In this document: one piece after another, positions 46,201-55,853 of the stretch | How the letters are laid out: the number at the start of each line of letters is the position of its first letter | How positions within the stretch are numbered: position 1 is the first letter of the stretch | DNA from: Pseudomonadota bacterium | GTDB lineage: Bacteria; Pseudomonadota; Gammaproteobacteria; Xanthomonadales; SZUA-38 | Direction of reading: 5' to 3' | Assembly: GCA_039195135.1 (NCBI GenBank) | Contig: JBCCVP010000009.1 | Span: 1,629-65,628, forward strand | DNA length: 64,000 nt | Program-made: the position numbers and the translations under genes | The notes under the pieces: model-generated | Told to the model about the DNA's origin: nothing | What the model saw: the letters and a program-made list of their open reading frames with translations, nothing else | The model's database searches: none

Positions 46201-47736
46201 CTAAGGCCCGTCCGGCTCGTCATTCGCCGGGATCTGCGCCTCATCCTCCGGGTTCAGCACACGATCGGTGTTCTCCTGTAGCGGTGCACCTGATCCGGAA
46301 AGGGGCCTGGAGATATCCTTCGCCGGTGGCTGCGGGGCCGGTGGCTCGTCGGCGGGCGGCGTCGCGGTGGGGACGGCGGGCGCAGATTCCTGAACGGTTG
46401 GCGTCTGCTCGGAAACGGGGCTGGGCACCATCGACGCTTCATCCCTGGTCTCGCCAGCCTGAGGATTGTCCACCGGCTCCTGGACTGTTTCAGTTGCGGC
46501 CGCGTCGTTTGCGGGTTCCTGCGGCGGCGCCATGGGATCCCCGAGCACTTCCACTTCCTCCAGCGGCGGGCTGTCCACGTCGGCCGGCAGCCCGTCCTCC
46601 GGCGCCGGCGGGCCCACATACTCCACCGCGTCCGCGATGGCCCCCGCGACGCTGGCCTGCCGTCCAACGTGATAGGCGGCAAAACCAGGCATCACAACCT
46701 GGTTAACCGCCATGCCCAGGATGCGGCCGTTAAACGGGGCGACCAGATTGGTCATGTCATTGCGGATCGGATCCGTGACGGTACCCAGCACCTGTCCCTT
46801 CTTCACCGTCTCGCCGAGCGTCACTTCGGTAAACAGAATGCCTCCGCTGTTGGCGCGGACCCAGGTGGACTCGTAGAACGCCGGCTGCGGTTCTCCAAAA
46901 AACCGAAACCGGGACACCATGTTGAGGTTGCTAAGCAGCGACTGCAGCGCTTCGACGCTTTTGTCGACGCTGTCCTTATCAAAGCGGCTTGCTTCACCCG
47001 CTTCGAGCGTCACCGCGGCGATGCCAACGTCGGTGGCGGCCCGGCGCAGTGACCCGCGGGGACCCGCGCTGTGCAGCACCGCAATGTTGCCAAACTGCCG
47101 GCTGAACTTCTCAACCTCCGGGTTGGTCAGGTCCGCCCGCAGCTGCGGCAGGTTCTTCCGCTGAAAGCTGCCGGTATGGAGATCCACCACGGCGGTGCAG
47201 CGACTGATGATCGTGTCGAACAGGGCCCGGGCGAAGCGGGAGGCAAGGCTGCCCGTAGTGCTGCCGGGGAAAAAGCGGTTCAGGTCCCGTCGGTCCGGCA
47301 GGTAGCGGGAGCTGCGCAGGTAGCCGGAGGCATTGACAATCGGAATGCCGATCACCGTGCCGGTGAGGTCCTCCGGCTTGAGGTCGAACAGAATTCGCCG
47401 CACCACCTCAACACCGGTCAGCTCATCACCATGGATAGCGGCGGTCAGGCAAAGCACCGGTCCGTGGGTGGTGCCGTGGGCCACCAGCACCGGCGTCGGT
47501 AGGGCCACCGCCCCCATGGCAGCCTCGATCTCCCAGTTCAGCTGCTGCCGCTGACCGGGCTGAATCTCGGTGCCGAGCAGCTGGAACGGCTCTTCGTCCG
47601 GTACCGCAGCGGCGCCTTCAAAACCGTCCGCCGTCAGCGTCGGCGGCTGAGGCATGTCCAGTGGAGGTTCTTCGGTGGCCAGCGCAGGCGTCATCGCGAG
47701 CGTGAGCGCCAGACCTCTGATTAACTGTGGAGCCAT
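46201..47736 (-). CDS. succinylglutamate desuccinylase/aspartoacylase (AstE/AspA, M14-like) family protein with a long Pro/Glu/Ala-rich C-terminal tail
   Basis: Signal-like N-terminus, LTAAIHGDELTGVEVV zinc-site motif, a barrel-like middle region, and a low-complexity tail of about 130 aa. Confidence 0.7.
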   Translation of the reverse strand: MAPQLIRGLALTLAMTPALATEEPPLDMPQPPTLTADGFEGAAAVPDEEPFQLLGTEIQPGQRQQLNWEIEAAMGAVALPTPVLVAHGTTHGPVLCLTAAIHGDELTGVEVVRRILFDLKPEDLTGTVIGIPIVNASGYLRSSRYLPDRRDLNRFFPGSTTGSLASRFARALFDTIISRCTAVVDLHTGSFQRKNLPQLRADLTNPEVEKFSRQFGNIAVLHSAGPRGSLRRAATDVGIAAVTLEAGEASRFDKDSVDKSVEALQSLLSNLNMVSRFRFFGEPQPAFYESTWVRANSGGILFTEVTLGETVKKGQVLGTVTDPIRNDMTNLVAPFNGRILGMAVNQVVMPGFAAYHVGRQASVAGAIADAVEYVGPPAPEDGLPADVDSPPLEEVEVLGDPMAPPQEPANDAAATETVQEPVDNPQAGETRDEASMVPSPVSEQTPTVQESAPAVPTATPPADEPPAPQPPAKDISRPLSGSGAPLQENTDRVLNPEDEAQIPANDEPDGP

Positions 47737-47849
47737 TCCTTAGCACTTCCGGGTGCGCCAGCGGCGACACCCTGTCCAATTCCAGCCCCGATGCTCGCTC
47801 GATCGGAAAAAAAACGCAACGTCGCCGGGTCCGGATCACGGCGTCCGGT

Positions 47850-48758
47850 CTAGGGAGCAGGTTCGTCCTCCCGCTCGTAGCGACCGTCCCAGATTGGTGT
47901 CCAGGTCGCCTTGTCATCGTTTGAGGTTTCCCAGTACTGGCGTACGCTGCCGTCATCATTTTGCGTGAACTGGAAGCGGTGGTGCGTCACGCTGGCGTCC
48001 GCCGGATTTACCGTTTCGGCAGTGTAGAAGATGCCGCCATCGCGGGCCTCGCCAACAAACTCAATGATGGTGCCGGAGTCGGAAATCCAAATCTGACGCC
48101 AGCGATCGTAGCCGGGATCGTAGTAGTTGAAGCTCTTGCCTTCGCCGCCGGTGATGGACGTCCACTGCTCATAGATCACACAGTGGCCGAGCATCGCCGA
48201 AATATCATTATGGCCGGCGAGCTGCCCGCCCTGGGTGACCCGCCAGCGCCCGATCCAGAAATCAAAATCGTGATGTTTCGGATTCTGCTCGCAGGGAAAG
48301 CGCGCGGAGCGAATCGTATTAAGCGCGGTCTTGAACCGTTCTTTGTCCCGGAGGCTGGCGTAGTCTTCCTCCCCCTCAATCAGGCCAGGCTGTCCGAAGC
48401 CGCCTTCCGCGAGGGCCTCGATTTGCTCAAGAGCCGCGTCCGTCTCGCCCCGGCGGGCATAGATTCTCGCCAGCCGGTAGGCCACACCGAGGGGCTGGAA
48501 GCCCAGCTCACCCGCTTTTTCAAATCGCGCTTCGGCCGCCTCCGGCTGCCCCCCGTCCATCAGCAGTACCCCCAGCCGATAATGTGCCGCGCCATCCTCC
48601 GGCGCCTTTTCCGTAAGCTCCGCAAAGAGCGCAATGGCTGCTTCGGTGTTGCCTGCGGCGGCGGCCTCCCCGGCTTTGGCCCGCAGGGCTTCAAGGTCCT
48701 GCGCGAGGGCCGGGGTGGTCAACAGCAGGCAGCTCAGCAAGAAAATTCGCACAATCAT
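47850..48758 (-). CDS. secreted TPR-repeat protein with an unknown C-terminal domain
   Basis: Start MIVRIFLLSCLLLTTPALA. TPR-like helices are followed by FDFWIGRWRV...NYYDPGYDRWRQIW. Confidence 0.55.
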   Translation of the reverse strand: MIVRIFLLSCLLLTTPALAQDLEALRAKAGEAAAAGNTEAAIALFAELTEKAPEDGAAHYRLGVLLMDGGQPEAAEARFEKAGELGFQPLGVAYRLARIYARRGETDAALEQIEALAEGGFGQPGLIEGEEDYASLRDKERFKTALNTIRSARFPCEQNPKHHDFDFWIGRWRVTQGGQLAGHNDISAMLGHCVIYEQWTSITGGEGKSFNYYDPGYDRWRQIWISDSGTIIEFVGEARDGGIFYTAETVNPADASVTHHRFQFTQNDDGSVRQYWETSNDDKATWTPIWDGRYEREDEPAP

Positions 48759-48936
48759 TCTCCCAGGTGATGGCTTTGGCCTGATGCTAGCGCTTTTTTC
48801 TCCCGGGGCCGTTGCTTCGCCGCTTTTTCTGTCACAACCGCGGTATTCCCGCTCGCCGGCCAGGTGTCGGCTAAAGCCCCCATGCGCCTTTGCCGATACC
48901 TGAGTGATGCCCGAGAGGCCGTCTTGACCACGGAAC

Positions 48937-50571
48937 ATGCTGCACCTGCGCCACCCGGTACATAACCCAGTTTTCATCTGGACGACGGCCATCAGCCTGC
49001 TGCTGGTGGTAGCCGGCGGGCGCCAGTGGCTCAGCTATGAGGAGGGTCGTGCCGAGCAGGAGCTGAAGCGGGTCAACTGGCTGCACGATCAGGTCGACCT
49101 GGCGCGCCGGGTGCTCGCCAGTCCCGAGCCGGTGCTGACGACCCGGCTGGCCGCCGGGCTGAGCACTGAAAACACCCATCTGCAGCTGTCCGCTGGTCTT
49201 GCGCCGGCGTTTGGCGACGTGCGGACGAGGCTGCAGGAGTCCCTGGCCCTGGCGCAGTCCGGGCAGCCGCCTCCGGTGGACCTGCCCGACCGGCTGGCCC
49301 GCACGCTGGAGGTGTTTCAGACGCAGCGTGCCCGGGTGCTTTTGCGGCACGAACAGACTCACGGTCGGCTGCAGCTGGTCGTGCTGACGGCGGAAATCCT
49401 GCTGGTGGGATTGGCGCTGCTGGTACTTGCCAGTCGCCGGGCGGAGCAGGAGGGCGCTGACAGCCGCTTTGCCCACTCGCCCAACCCCCGCCTGATTCTC
49501 GATGAGGCCGGCACCATATTGGCGGCCAATCAGGCGGCGGCCGATCGACTTGGCGCGAGCTGTGAGGGGCTTCGGGGGCGGCCCTTGCAATCGATCATCA
49601 GCAGTCCCGAAGACCAGAAGCGCCTAAGCCTCTCGCGCATTCGGCAGGGGAGCCAGAGCGAGTTTATCCTGCCGCTCAAAACCGCCGCCGGCGCAACCTG
49701 GGAGAGCCGGGTGCGCTCCCACATCAGCCCGGCTCTTCCGGGCCAGAGTCGGCGCATTGATCTGTTTCTGCAGGCGCCGGTGGACGGGCTGGTGCGCTCT
49801 CATCTGGACGAGTTGCCGATCCCCGTCTTCAGCCTGGATCTGAACGGACGCTATGTGGAAGCTGCCGACGCGATGCTGCGCATGATCGACTGCAGCGGGC
49901 TGGAGGAGCTGAACGAGCTGGGCCACGACGCGACGTTTATTACCGAGGTATTTCGCGAGCGGCATCGGCCGGGGGTGATCACCCATGTACCCCACGTGCT
50001 GCTGGACGGCGCGGGTGAGGCGCTGCCCGTCAGGGTTACGCTGCGCGCGGCGGATACGCGGGACGGTCCGGTGGTGCGGGGTTTTATGAGCGACGCTTCG
50101 GAGCTTGCCGCCGCGCAGCGCGACCTGGTGCTCCGGGAAAAGGAGTTTCAGGCGCTCTACGACCGCACGCCGGTGATGATGTACGCCGTGGACGCAAAGG
50201 GTTCGATGACCAGCGTCAACCAGTTCTGGCTGGACGCGATGGGCTACGAGCGGCACGAGGTGATCGGGCAGCCCAGCCTTCGCCATTACGTTTACGAAGG
50301 CGAGAAGCTCGAATTTCTTGAAAACGTCATCAACGCCAAGCCCGGCACGCGGACCGTGAACGTGCAGATGCGCACAAAGACCGGTCGCCTGATTGATGGG
50401 GCGCTGGATTACTCGCAGCAGCTGGACGAGCAAGGCCGCTTTGCCGGCGCCACCGCCTGCATTTTGGACCTCACCATCGAACGGCAGATAGCCCGGGAGC
50501 GGGACCGACTGGCGGAACAGCTTTCGCTGGTGGCGGCCAACGATCAGCCGCCGGAGGCGGCGGCCAGCTAG
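48937..50571 (+). CDS. membrane protein with multiple PAS domains and no recognisable output domain
   Basis: Two TM segments flank a periplasmic segment. At least two or three PAS-like blocks follow (PNPRLILDEAGTILAANQAAADRLG; TPVMMYAVDAKGSMTSVNQFWLDAMGY). Confidence 0.65.
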   Translation: MLHLRHPVHNPVFIWTTAISLLLVVAGGRQWLSYEEGRAEQELKRVNWLHDQVDLARRVLASPEPVLTTRLAAGLSTENTHLQLSAGLAPAFGDVRTRLQESLALAQSGQPPPVDLPDRLARTLEVFQTQRARVLLRHEQTHGRLQLVVLTAEILLVGLALLVLASRRAEQEGADSRFAHSPNPRLILDEAGTILAANQAAADRLGASCEGLRGRPLQSIISSPEDQKRLSLSRIRQGSQSEFILPLKTAAGATWESRVRSHISPALPGQSRRIDLFLQAPVDGLVRSHLDELPIPVFSLDLNGRYVEAADAMLRMIDCSGLEELNELGHDATFITEVFRERHRPGVITHVPHVLLDGAGEALPVRVTLRAADTRDGPVVRGFMSDASELAAAQRDLVLREKEFQALYDRTPVMMYAVDAKGSMTSVNQFWLDAMGYERHEVIGQPSLRHYVYEGEKLEFLENVINAKPGTRTVNVQMRTKTGRLIDGALDYSQQLDEQGRFAGATACILDLTIERQIARERDRLAEQLSLVAANDQPPEAAAS

Positions 50572-50650
50572 TCAGCCAGCTAGTGAGCAATTGTTGTCTT
50601 GGCTAGCAGTTCCAGGGCCTTTTGGGTTTTCGGGCGGTCTTCGCCCAGGT

Positions 50651-52633
50651 CTACAGGGATCGTGCCACCCGGTCGCCTTCGCTGGTAGCGGCCAGCACGC
50701 CCCGGGGAGCAGCGCAGTCCCCAACCCGGATGACTGCCCAGGGCTTTTCCTTCAGTGCCGGGTATAGGTCGAGGTTGGGCAACCGGGGGCTGGCATAGGT
50801 AAGGCCGACAATATCGTCCACCTTCTCGAGGTTGCCGGTATAGACGTTGCGCAGATTCACCTCGGCCTCGTCGAGGTTGTCCAGGTCGGCCACCTCGAGG
50901 CTGGTTTTGAGCACTACGCCAAGCTCGGCCAGCCGCTGGTAGATGCCCTGGCGATTGATCAGAGACACGTCGGAGGCGATGCGTTCGCGGGGCGTAACGA
51001 TCACGATGCGTTCAAACTGGCTAGCGAAAAACTGGGCGGCTGCGTAAGTCATTTCGGTGTGATCACGGTCCTCGATCAGCAGCGTTCCGTCGGTAGGCCG
51101 GGGCTGGGCAAGCAGGTCCGCGGCGAGCTCACGCAGATCCGGTACCGCGCCCATTTCGCGCCATTCCTCGCTGATCCAGTCCGGCACGCTGAGCGACGAG
51201 CCGGTGGCCAGCAGCACCACGTCCGCCTCGATATCCGCGACGCGAGCGGGAGTTACGGCGCCGTCCAGTTCAAACCGCGCGCCGGCCGCCTTGGCCGTGA
51301 GGTATTGATAGTCGTAGATGCTGCTCAGGTTTTCGCCGCCGGGCAGCATGGCGTGCACCCGGGTCTTGCCGCCCGGTTCCCCGGACGCCCCGTAGACCGT
51401 AACCTCATGCCCGGCCCGGGCCGCCACCTGCGCCGCTTCCAGGCCGGCGATGCCGGATCCGATCACCGCAATGCGGCGGGGGGAACTGGTGATGGCGGGC
51501 TTGAGCGAGAGTTCATCCGCTTCGCCCACTCGCGGGTTGTTGTCACAGCGCAGCTGGTGAAATTCGATGATGGAGCGCCAGCAGGTGTTGCAGGAGACGC
51601 AGTAGCGGATGGTGGCCTCAGCACCGGATTCCGCCTTGCGCCCGAAATAGGCGTCGGTAATCAGGGGGCGGCCCAAAAACACCAGTTCGGCGGTGCCGTC
51701 CGTGAGCGCCGTTTCGCATTCGTTGGGATCGGTAATGTAGCCCAGGGCGCCCGTGGGAATCTCCGGCCCGGCCCCGCGCAGCTCGCGGATGTTGTCCAGA
51801 AACGGGTGTCGCTCGCCAAAGGCATCCGGCAGATGCTGATACAGGGAGCGGGCGTGGGCGCCCCAGCAGAAGGTCCAGTAGTCCGCGATGCCGGTGGCCG
51901 CCACCTGCCGGGCAATGTCGCCGGCCAGCGGCAGGTCGATGCTGCCGGCAACGCCGTCGTCACCGGGGAGTTTGACGCCGATAATAAAATCGCTGCCGCA
52001 GGCCTCCCGCACCGCTGCCAGCAGCTCGCAGACCAGCCGGCAGCGCCCCTCAAGATCACCGCCAAATTCGTCTTCCCGGCGATTGCTCCACGGCGAAAAG
52101 AACTGGTGGAACAGGTGTCCGTGGCCAGCAGAGATCTCAACGCCAGAGAAACCCGCCCGTTTAAGCCGCAGGCTTGATTCAGCCCATTGCACGATCAGAC
52201 CACGAATCTCCGCCGCGCTCAGCTCCCGGGGCACGGTCCAGCTCAGATCGTCCGGCAGCGCCGACGCGCCGATAGCGCCGTCGTTGCGTCCCACCTCGTG
52301 GCGGCCCCGCCCCGGATCCTGGATCTGGCCCAGTAGATGGCAGCCCTCCGAACGCACGGCTTCGGCGACCCGCGTGAGCCCGTCCATGGCCTGATCGTCG
52401 TAGACCCGCAGTCGGCCGGGATTGGGATTGTTGCTGATCATGGCCAGCGGTTCGGTCACGATCATGGCGCAGCCGCCGCGGGCCCGGGCCGCAAAGTAGT
52501 TGATCATGGCCTGCGTGGGCTGCCCGCCCTGGGCCATCTGAGTCAGGATAGAGGCGTGGCAGAGCCGGTTCCGCAGCGTTTGGCCGGCCAGTTCAAAAGG
52601 ACTGAACAGCGTCGTATAGATCGTTTCACCCAT
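50651..52633 (-). CDS. NADH:flavin oxidoreductase (OYE-like TIM barrel fused to an FAD/NAD(P)-binding domain; 2,4-dienoyl-CoA reductase-like)
   Basis: 660 aa with the OYE N-terminal pattern, a Cys cluster CVSCNTCW, and VIGSGIAGLEAA dinucleotide motifs. Confidence 0.8.
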   Translation of the reverse strand: MGETIYTTLFSPFELAGQTLRNRLCHASILTQMAQGGQPTQAMINYFAARARGGCAMIVTEPLAMISNNPNPGRLRVYDDQAMDGLTRVAEAVRSEGCHLLGQIQDPGRGRHEVGRNDGAIGASALPDDLSWTVPRELSAAEIRGLIVQWAESSLRLKRAGFSGVEISAGHGHLFHQFFSPWSNRREDEFGGDLEGRCRLVCELLAAVREACGSDFIIGVKLPGDDGVAGSIDLPLAGDIARQVAATGIADYWTFCWGAHARSLYQHLPDAFGERHPFLDNIRELRGAGPEIPTGALGYITDPNECETALTDGTAELVFLGRPLITDAYFGRKAESGAEATIRYCVSCNTCWRSIIEFHQLRCDNNPRVGEADELSLKPAITSSPRRIAVIGSGIAGLEAAQVAARAGHEVTVYGASGEPGGKTRVHAMLPGGENLSSIYDYQYLTAKAAGARFELDGAVTPARVADIEADVVLLATGSSLSVPDWISEEWREMGAVPDLRELAADLLAQPRPTDGTLLIEDRDHTEMTYAAAQFFASQFERIVIVTPRERIASDVSLINRQGIYQRLAELGVVLKTSLEVADLDNLDEAEVNLRNVYTGNLEKVDDIVGLTYASPRLPNLDLYPALKEKPWAVIRVGDCAAPRGVLAATSEGDRVARSL

Positions 52634-52725
52634 AGCGCGCTATTTTGCCATTGCTGGGCTCCCGATGGGCCATCGTCGATGGCCGGTCGTGCTACATTTC
52701 TTCTAAACAAAAAGGAGATTCCTCT

Positions 52726-53040
52726 GTGACGACCCTGGTGGTGCTGTTTAACCTGAAATCGGATGCGGACCGGGCTACCTACGAAGCCTGGGCCCAGTCC
52801 ACCGATCTGCCCATCGTTCGCGACCTGACCAGCGTGGATGCCTTTGACGTTTACCGCACCAGCGGCCGCCTCGGCACGGACGACCCCGCGCCGTATGAGT
52901 ACGTGGAGATCATTCAGGTGAACGACATGGAGACCTTCGGCGGAGAGGTGAAAAGTGAAACCATGCAGAAAGTGGCGGCGGAGTTTCGCGAATTTGCTGA
53001 TGCGCCCTGCTTTATGCTCAGCGAGGCCCTCGGGTCATGA
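52726..53040 (+). CDS. small alpha+beta barrel protein of about 104 aa (REDY/HapK- or EthD-like)
   Basis: AAGGAG RBS, GTG start. The family call is weak. Confidence 0.45.
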   Translation: MTTLVVLFNLKSDADRATYEAWAQSTDLPIVRDLTSVDAFDVYRTSGRLGTDDPAPYEYVEIIQVNDMETFGGEVKSETMQKVAAEFREFADAPCFMLSEALGS

Positions 53041-53867
53041 GCGCTCTCGACGGAAAGGTCGCTATCTGCACCGGCTCCGGCCGCCAGGGCGGGCTGGGGC
53101 TGGGCATTCTCAAACGCCTGGCGGAGGACGGCGCCAAGGTGGTGGTCACCGATCTGGGCACGGCGGAAGGGGCCTTGTCGAACGATCACATCGGCGCCAC
53201 CGACGAGATGATGGAAGTGGCGGAGGGGCTGCGCAGCGCCGGCGCCGAGGTGCTGGTGGAGCCCTGCGACGTGCGCAGCGAAGAACAGGTTCATCGCCTG
53301 GTGGCGCGCACGGTGGAGACCTTTGGCCGCCTCGACATCATGGTGAACAACGCCGGCGTCGGCTACCTCATGAAGCCGCTGGAAGAGGTGGCGCTGAAAG
53401 ACTGGCAGCTGGTGATTGACGTCAACCTGACCGGCGCGTTTCTCTGCACCCAGGCTGCCGCCCGGCAGATGAAAGCCCAGGGCGAGGGCGGCCGGATCGT
53501 GAATATCGCAAGCCAGGCGGCCAAATCCGGCTTTCCCCACCTGCCGGCGTACGTGGCTTCCAAGCACGGCATGGTGGGTTTAACCCGCGCCGCCGCCATC
53601 GAGCTGGGCGCGGACGGTATCACGGTCAATGCGGTATGCCCCAATCACGTCACCACGGGCCTCGGCGCCAAGCAGAACGAGTACTTTGCCCGCTACCGCG
53701 GCCAGACGGTGGAGGAATACCGGGCTGGTATCCGCTCGCGGATTCCCGTTGGCCGGGTTGGCCTGGTGGAGGACACGGCGAACGCAACGGCGTTTCTATG
53801 TTCGCCGCAAGCTGACTTCATCACCGGCGAAGCGCTGAACGTCAGCGGCGGAGAGGAGATGCACTAG
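53037..53867 (+). CDS. SDR family oxidoreductase
   Basis: ATGA overlap with the upstream gene. Motifs TGSGRQGGLG, NNAG, YVASKHG. Confidence 0.88.
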   Translation: MSALDGKVAICTGSGRQGGLGLGILKRLAEDGAKVVVTDLGTAEGALSNDHIGATDEMMEVAEGLRSAGAEVLVEPCDVRSEEQVHRLVARTVETFGRLDIMVNNAGVGYLMKPLEEVALKDWQLVIDVNLTGAFLCTQAAARQMKAQGEGGRIVNIASQAAKSGFPHLPAYVASKHGMVGLTRAAAIELGADGITVNAVCPNHVTTGLGAKQNEYFARYRGQTVEEYRAGIRSRIPVGRVGLVEDTANATAFLCSPQADFITGEALNVSGGEEMH

Positions 53868-53933
53868 GAAGATTCTCCCGAACCCTTGGTGGAACTGGCG
53901 AATAGACCCGCCAAAACTATGGGTTACGCATCG

Positions 53934-55841
53934 TTAGGGGTCAGTGGTTCGTTCAAATCCGTCACTGAGCAGTGGCCGTCGGTCCAGCGCCGTCATAGCG
54001 TGGAAACGCGGGCCGGCCGAGAAGGGATTGTCAAAGTCGCTCACCACGGTGGCCAGTACCGGTTGCACTGCAGGTCCCTCCGGATCCATGGCCACGGAAA
54101 TCACGACCTCCGCGATCGACCTTCCCTGTTCAAAAGTAACAGTTGTGAAGGTTGGTGCGGGTCCGGCGACGGCACCATCTGCTCGCACCGTCACGATCAG
54201 GGCCTCCGCTGTGTCTCCGGATCTGGTGAGCTGAAACGGCGCAACCGAGACGCTGTCCGGTAGGAAGTGCCGCAAAGTATTGATGTTGACCTCCTTGAGC
54301 TCTGAGGTGGCAAATGACAGCGCGGCGACGCCGCCACCCAGCACGGCAAACCGGTCCGGGCCGTCCAGGGGACCGTCGGCAAGCTGCACGTTGTCAAAGA
54401 CCCAGTTTTCGATGGCTGCGCTGTCATAGGTTTCCAGCCGGGGCAGGTTGCCGTCACGGTTTTGATCAAAAGTTGCGTGCTGTACCACTACGTTGGCGAA
54501 GCTGGCTTGCCGGCGGGCGGTCGACCGGAACACGGCAGAACCCCGAGATTCTCCAAAATGGGTATTGCGGAAGAGCACTCGTTCAATTCGGGGGTCATCG
54601 CCCGGCAGAGAGGTGGTCTCCCGCATGCTGATGTCAAAACCGAAGCGGGCGGCCACCACGTCGTTATTTTCAAACAGGATCCGGCCGAAGCGCGTGGCTT
54701 CGAGCTGGCTGCCGATGCCGATTCCTGCGCCGAGGGCCGAGTTGAAAATAACGTTGTTCACAAAAGCAATGTTGTCGATGAGCGGGAAAGTGGGCGAGAT
54801 GCCCTTGATAGCCACCGCGTCGTCGCCGGCGTAAATCAGCGAGTGTTCAACGGTCACGTTGCGGGACGCATCGGGATCTATGCCGTCTTCACCGGCATTG
54901 CTGCCGAGATCCCGATTAGCGAAATCGATAAGCCGGGTGTTGTAGATCAAAATCCCATCGCTGTCTCTGATCCAGGTGGAGAAGGCGCTGGGATTGAGCA
55001 CCAGCACGTCTCGGACGCTGCTGTTGGTGGCCCGGTCGGCGCGAATCGCCGAGGAGCTTTTACCAAACTGATCCTTCAGAAACAGTCCGTTGGCGTCGAT
55101 CGAACCAGGCCCGGCCAGATGGGCGTTATCGACGTCCAGAAACTTCACCAGGGCATCCTCTGTTGAAGGGGTATCCGCGCCGAGCAGCCGCGCACCATCA
55201 CCGAGCCGCAGCGTGACGTCATCGGCGAGTAGCAAGGATCGAATTTGGTACAGGCCCGCTTCCATCGCCAGCACCCCACCACCGGAGGAAGAAAGATCAT
55301 CGATCGCCTGCTGGAGTGGGATGGTGACATCTTCCAGGCCTGTGCTATCCAATCCCAGGTCAACACTTGTCAGGTTTGCGGCCACCTCTTGTGACGCACC
55401 CGGGAGGGCGTCGGCGAAGATCAGCAGCCTGCGCCCCAGAATAAAGTCCTCTTCCGATAGGCCCTTGCGATGCACAATCAGGTTGACGGGTCGATCCAGC
55501 TCGAACTGGAGCGTTGTTCCCGCTCGGGTGGCCGCCAGCTGGTAACGTTCAGGACTCAGCGTGAAGGAATCGGCCGGACCCGGTAATTCAACCGTTACCT
55601 GCACCCGGCCGGCAAAGAAAAATCGTCCAAAACTGATTCGGCGACGACCCTCAACGAAGACTTGTTCGCCGTTGACGGTCAGGGTGAAGTCGTCGCTGAC
55701 CAGGGCGCCGGGGGGAGGTTGCAGGCTCTGGGCGATCGATCGATCGGCAAACGCCTCGGGGGATGTGCCGGTGGCCGGCGGCGGCAGGCTCACGAGGCTG
55801 AGGGCGGCGATCAGGCCGAGACCAGCAGCTCGATACCTCAA
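53934..55841 (-). CDS. secreted right-handed beta-helix (pectate-lyase fold / GH28-like) protein
   Basis: Signal peptide. Repeated beta-helix coil patterns (N.V..N.......GI). The C-terminus contains LLSDGFERTTDP. Confidence 0.65.
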   Translation of the reverse strand: MRYRAAGLGLIAALSLVSLPPPATGTSPEAFADRSIAQSLQPPPGALVSDDFTLTVNGEQVFVEGRRRISFGRFFFAGRVQVTVELPGPADSFTLSPERYQLAATRAGTTLQFELDRPVNLIVHRKGLSEEDFILGRRLLIFADALPGASQEVAANLTSVDLGLDSTGLEDVTIPLQQAIDDLSSSGGGVLAMEAGLYQIRSLLLADDVTLRLGDGARLLGADTPSTEDALVKFLDVDNAHLAGPGSIDANGLFLKDQFGKSSSAIRADRATNSSVRDVLVLNPSAFSTWIRDSDGILIYNTRLIDFANRDLGSNAGEDGIDPDASRNVTVEHSLIYAGDDAVAIKGISPTFPLIDNIAFVNNVIFNSALGAGIGIGSQLEATRFGRILFENNDVVAARFGFDISMRETTSLPGDDPRIERVLFRNTHFGESRGSAVFRSTARRQASFANVVVQHATFDQNRDGNLPRLETYDSAAIENWVFDNVQLADGPLDGPDRFAVLGGGVAALSFATSELKEVNINTLRHFLPDSVSVAPFQLTRSGDTAEALIVTVRADGAVAGPAPTFTTVTFEQGRSIAEVVISVAMDPEGPAVQPVLATVVSDFDNPFSAGPRFHAMTALDRRPLLSDGFERTTDP

Positions 55842-55853
55842 GAAGACGCCTGG

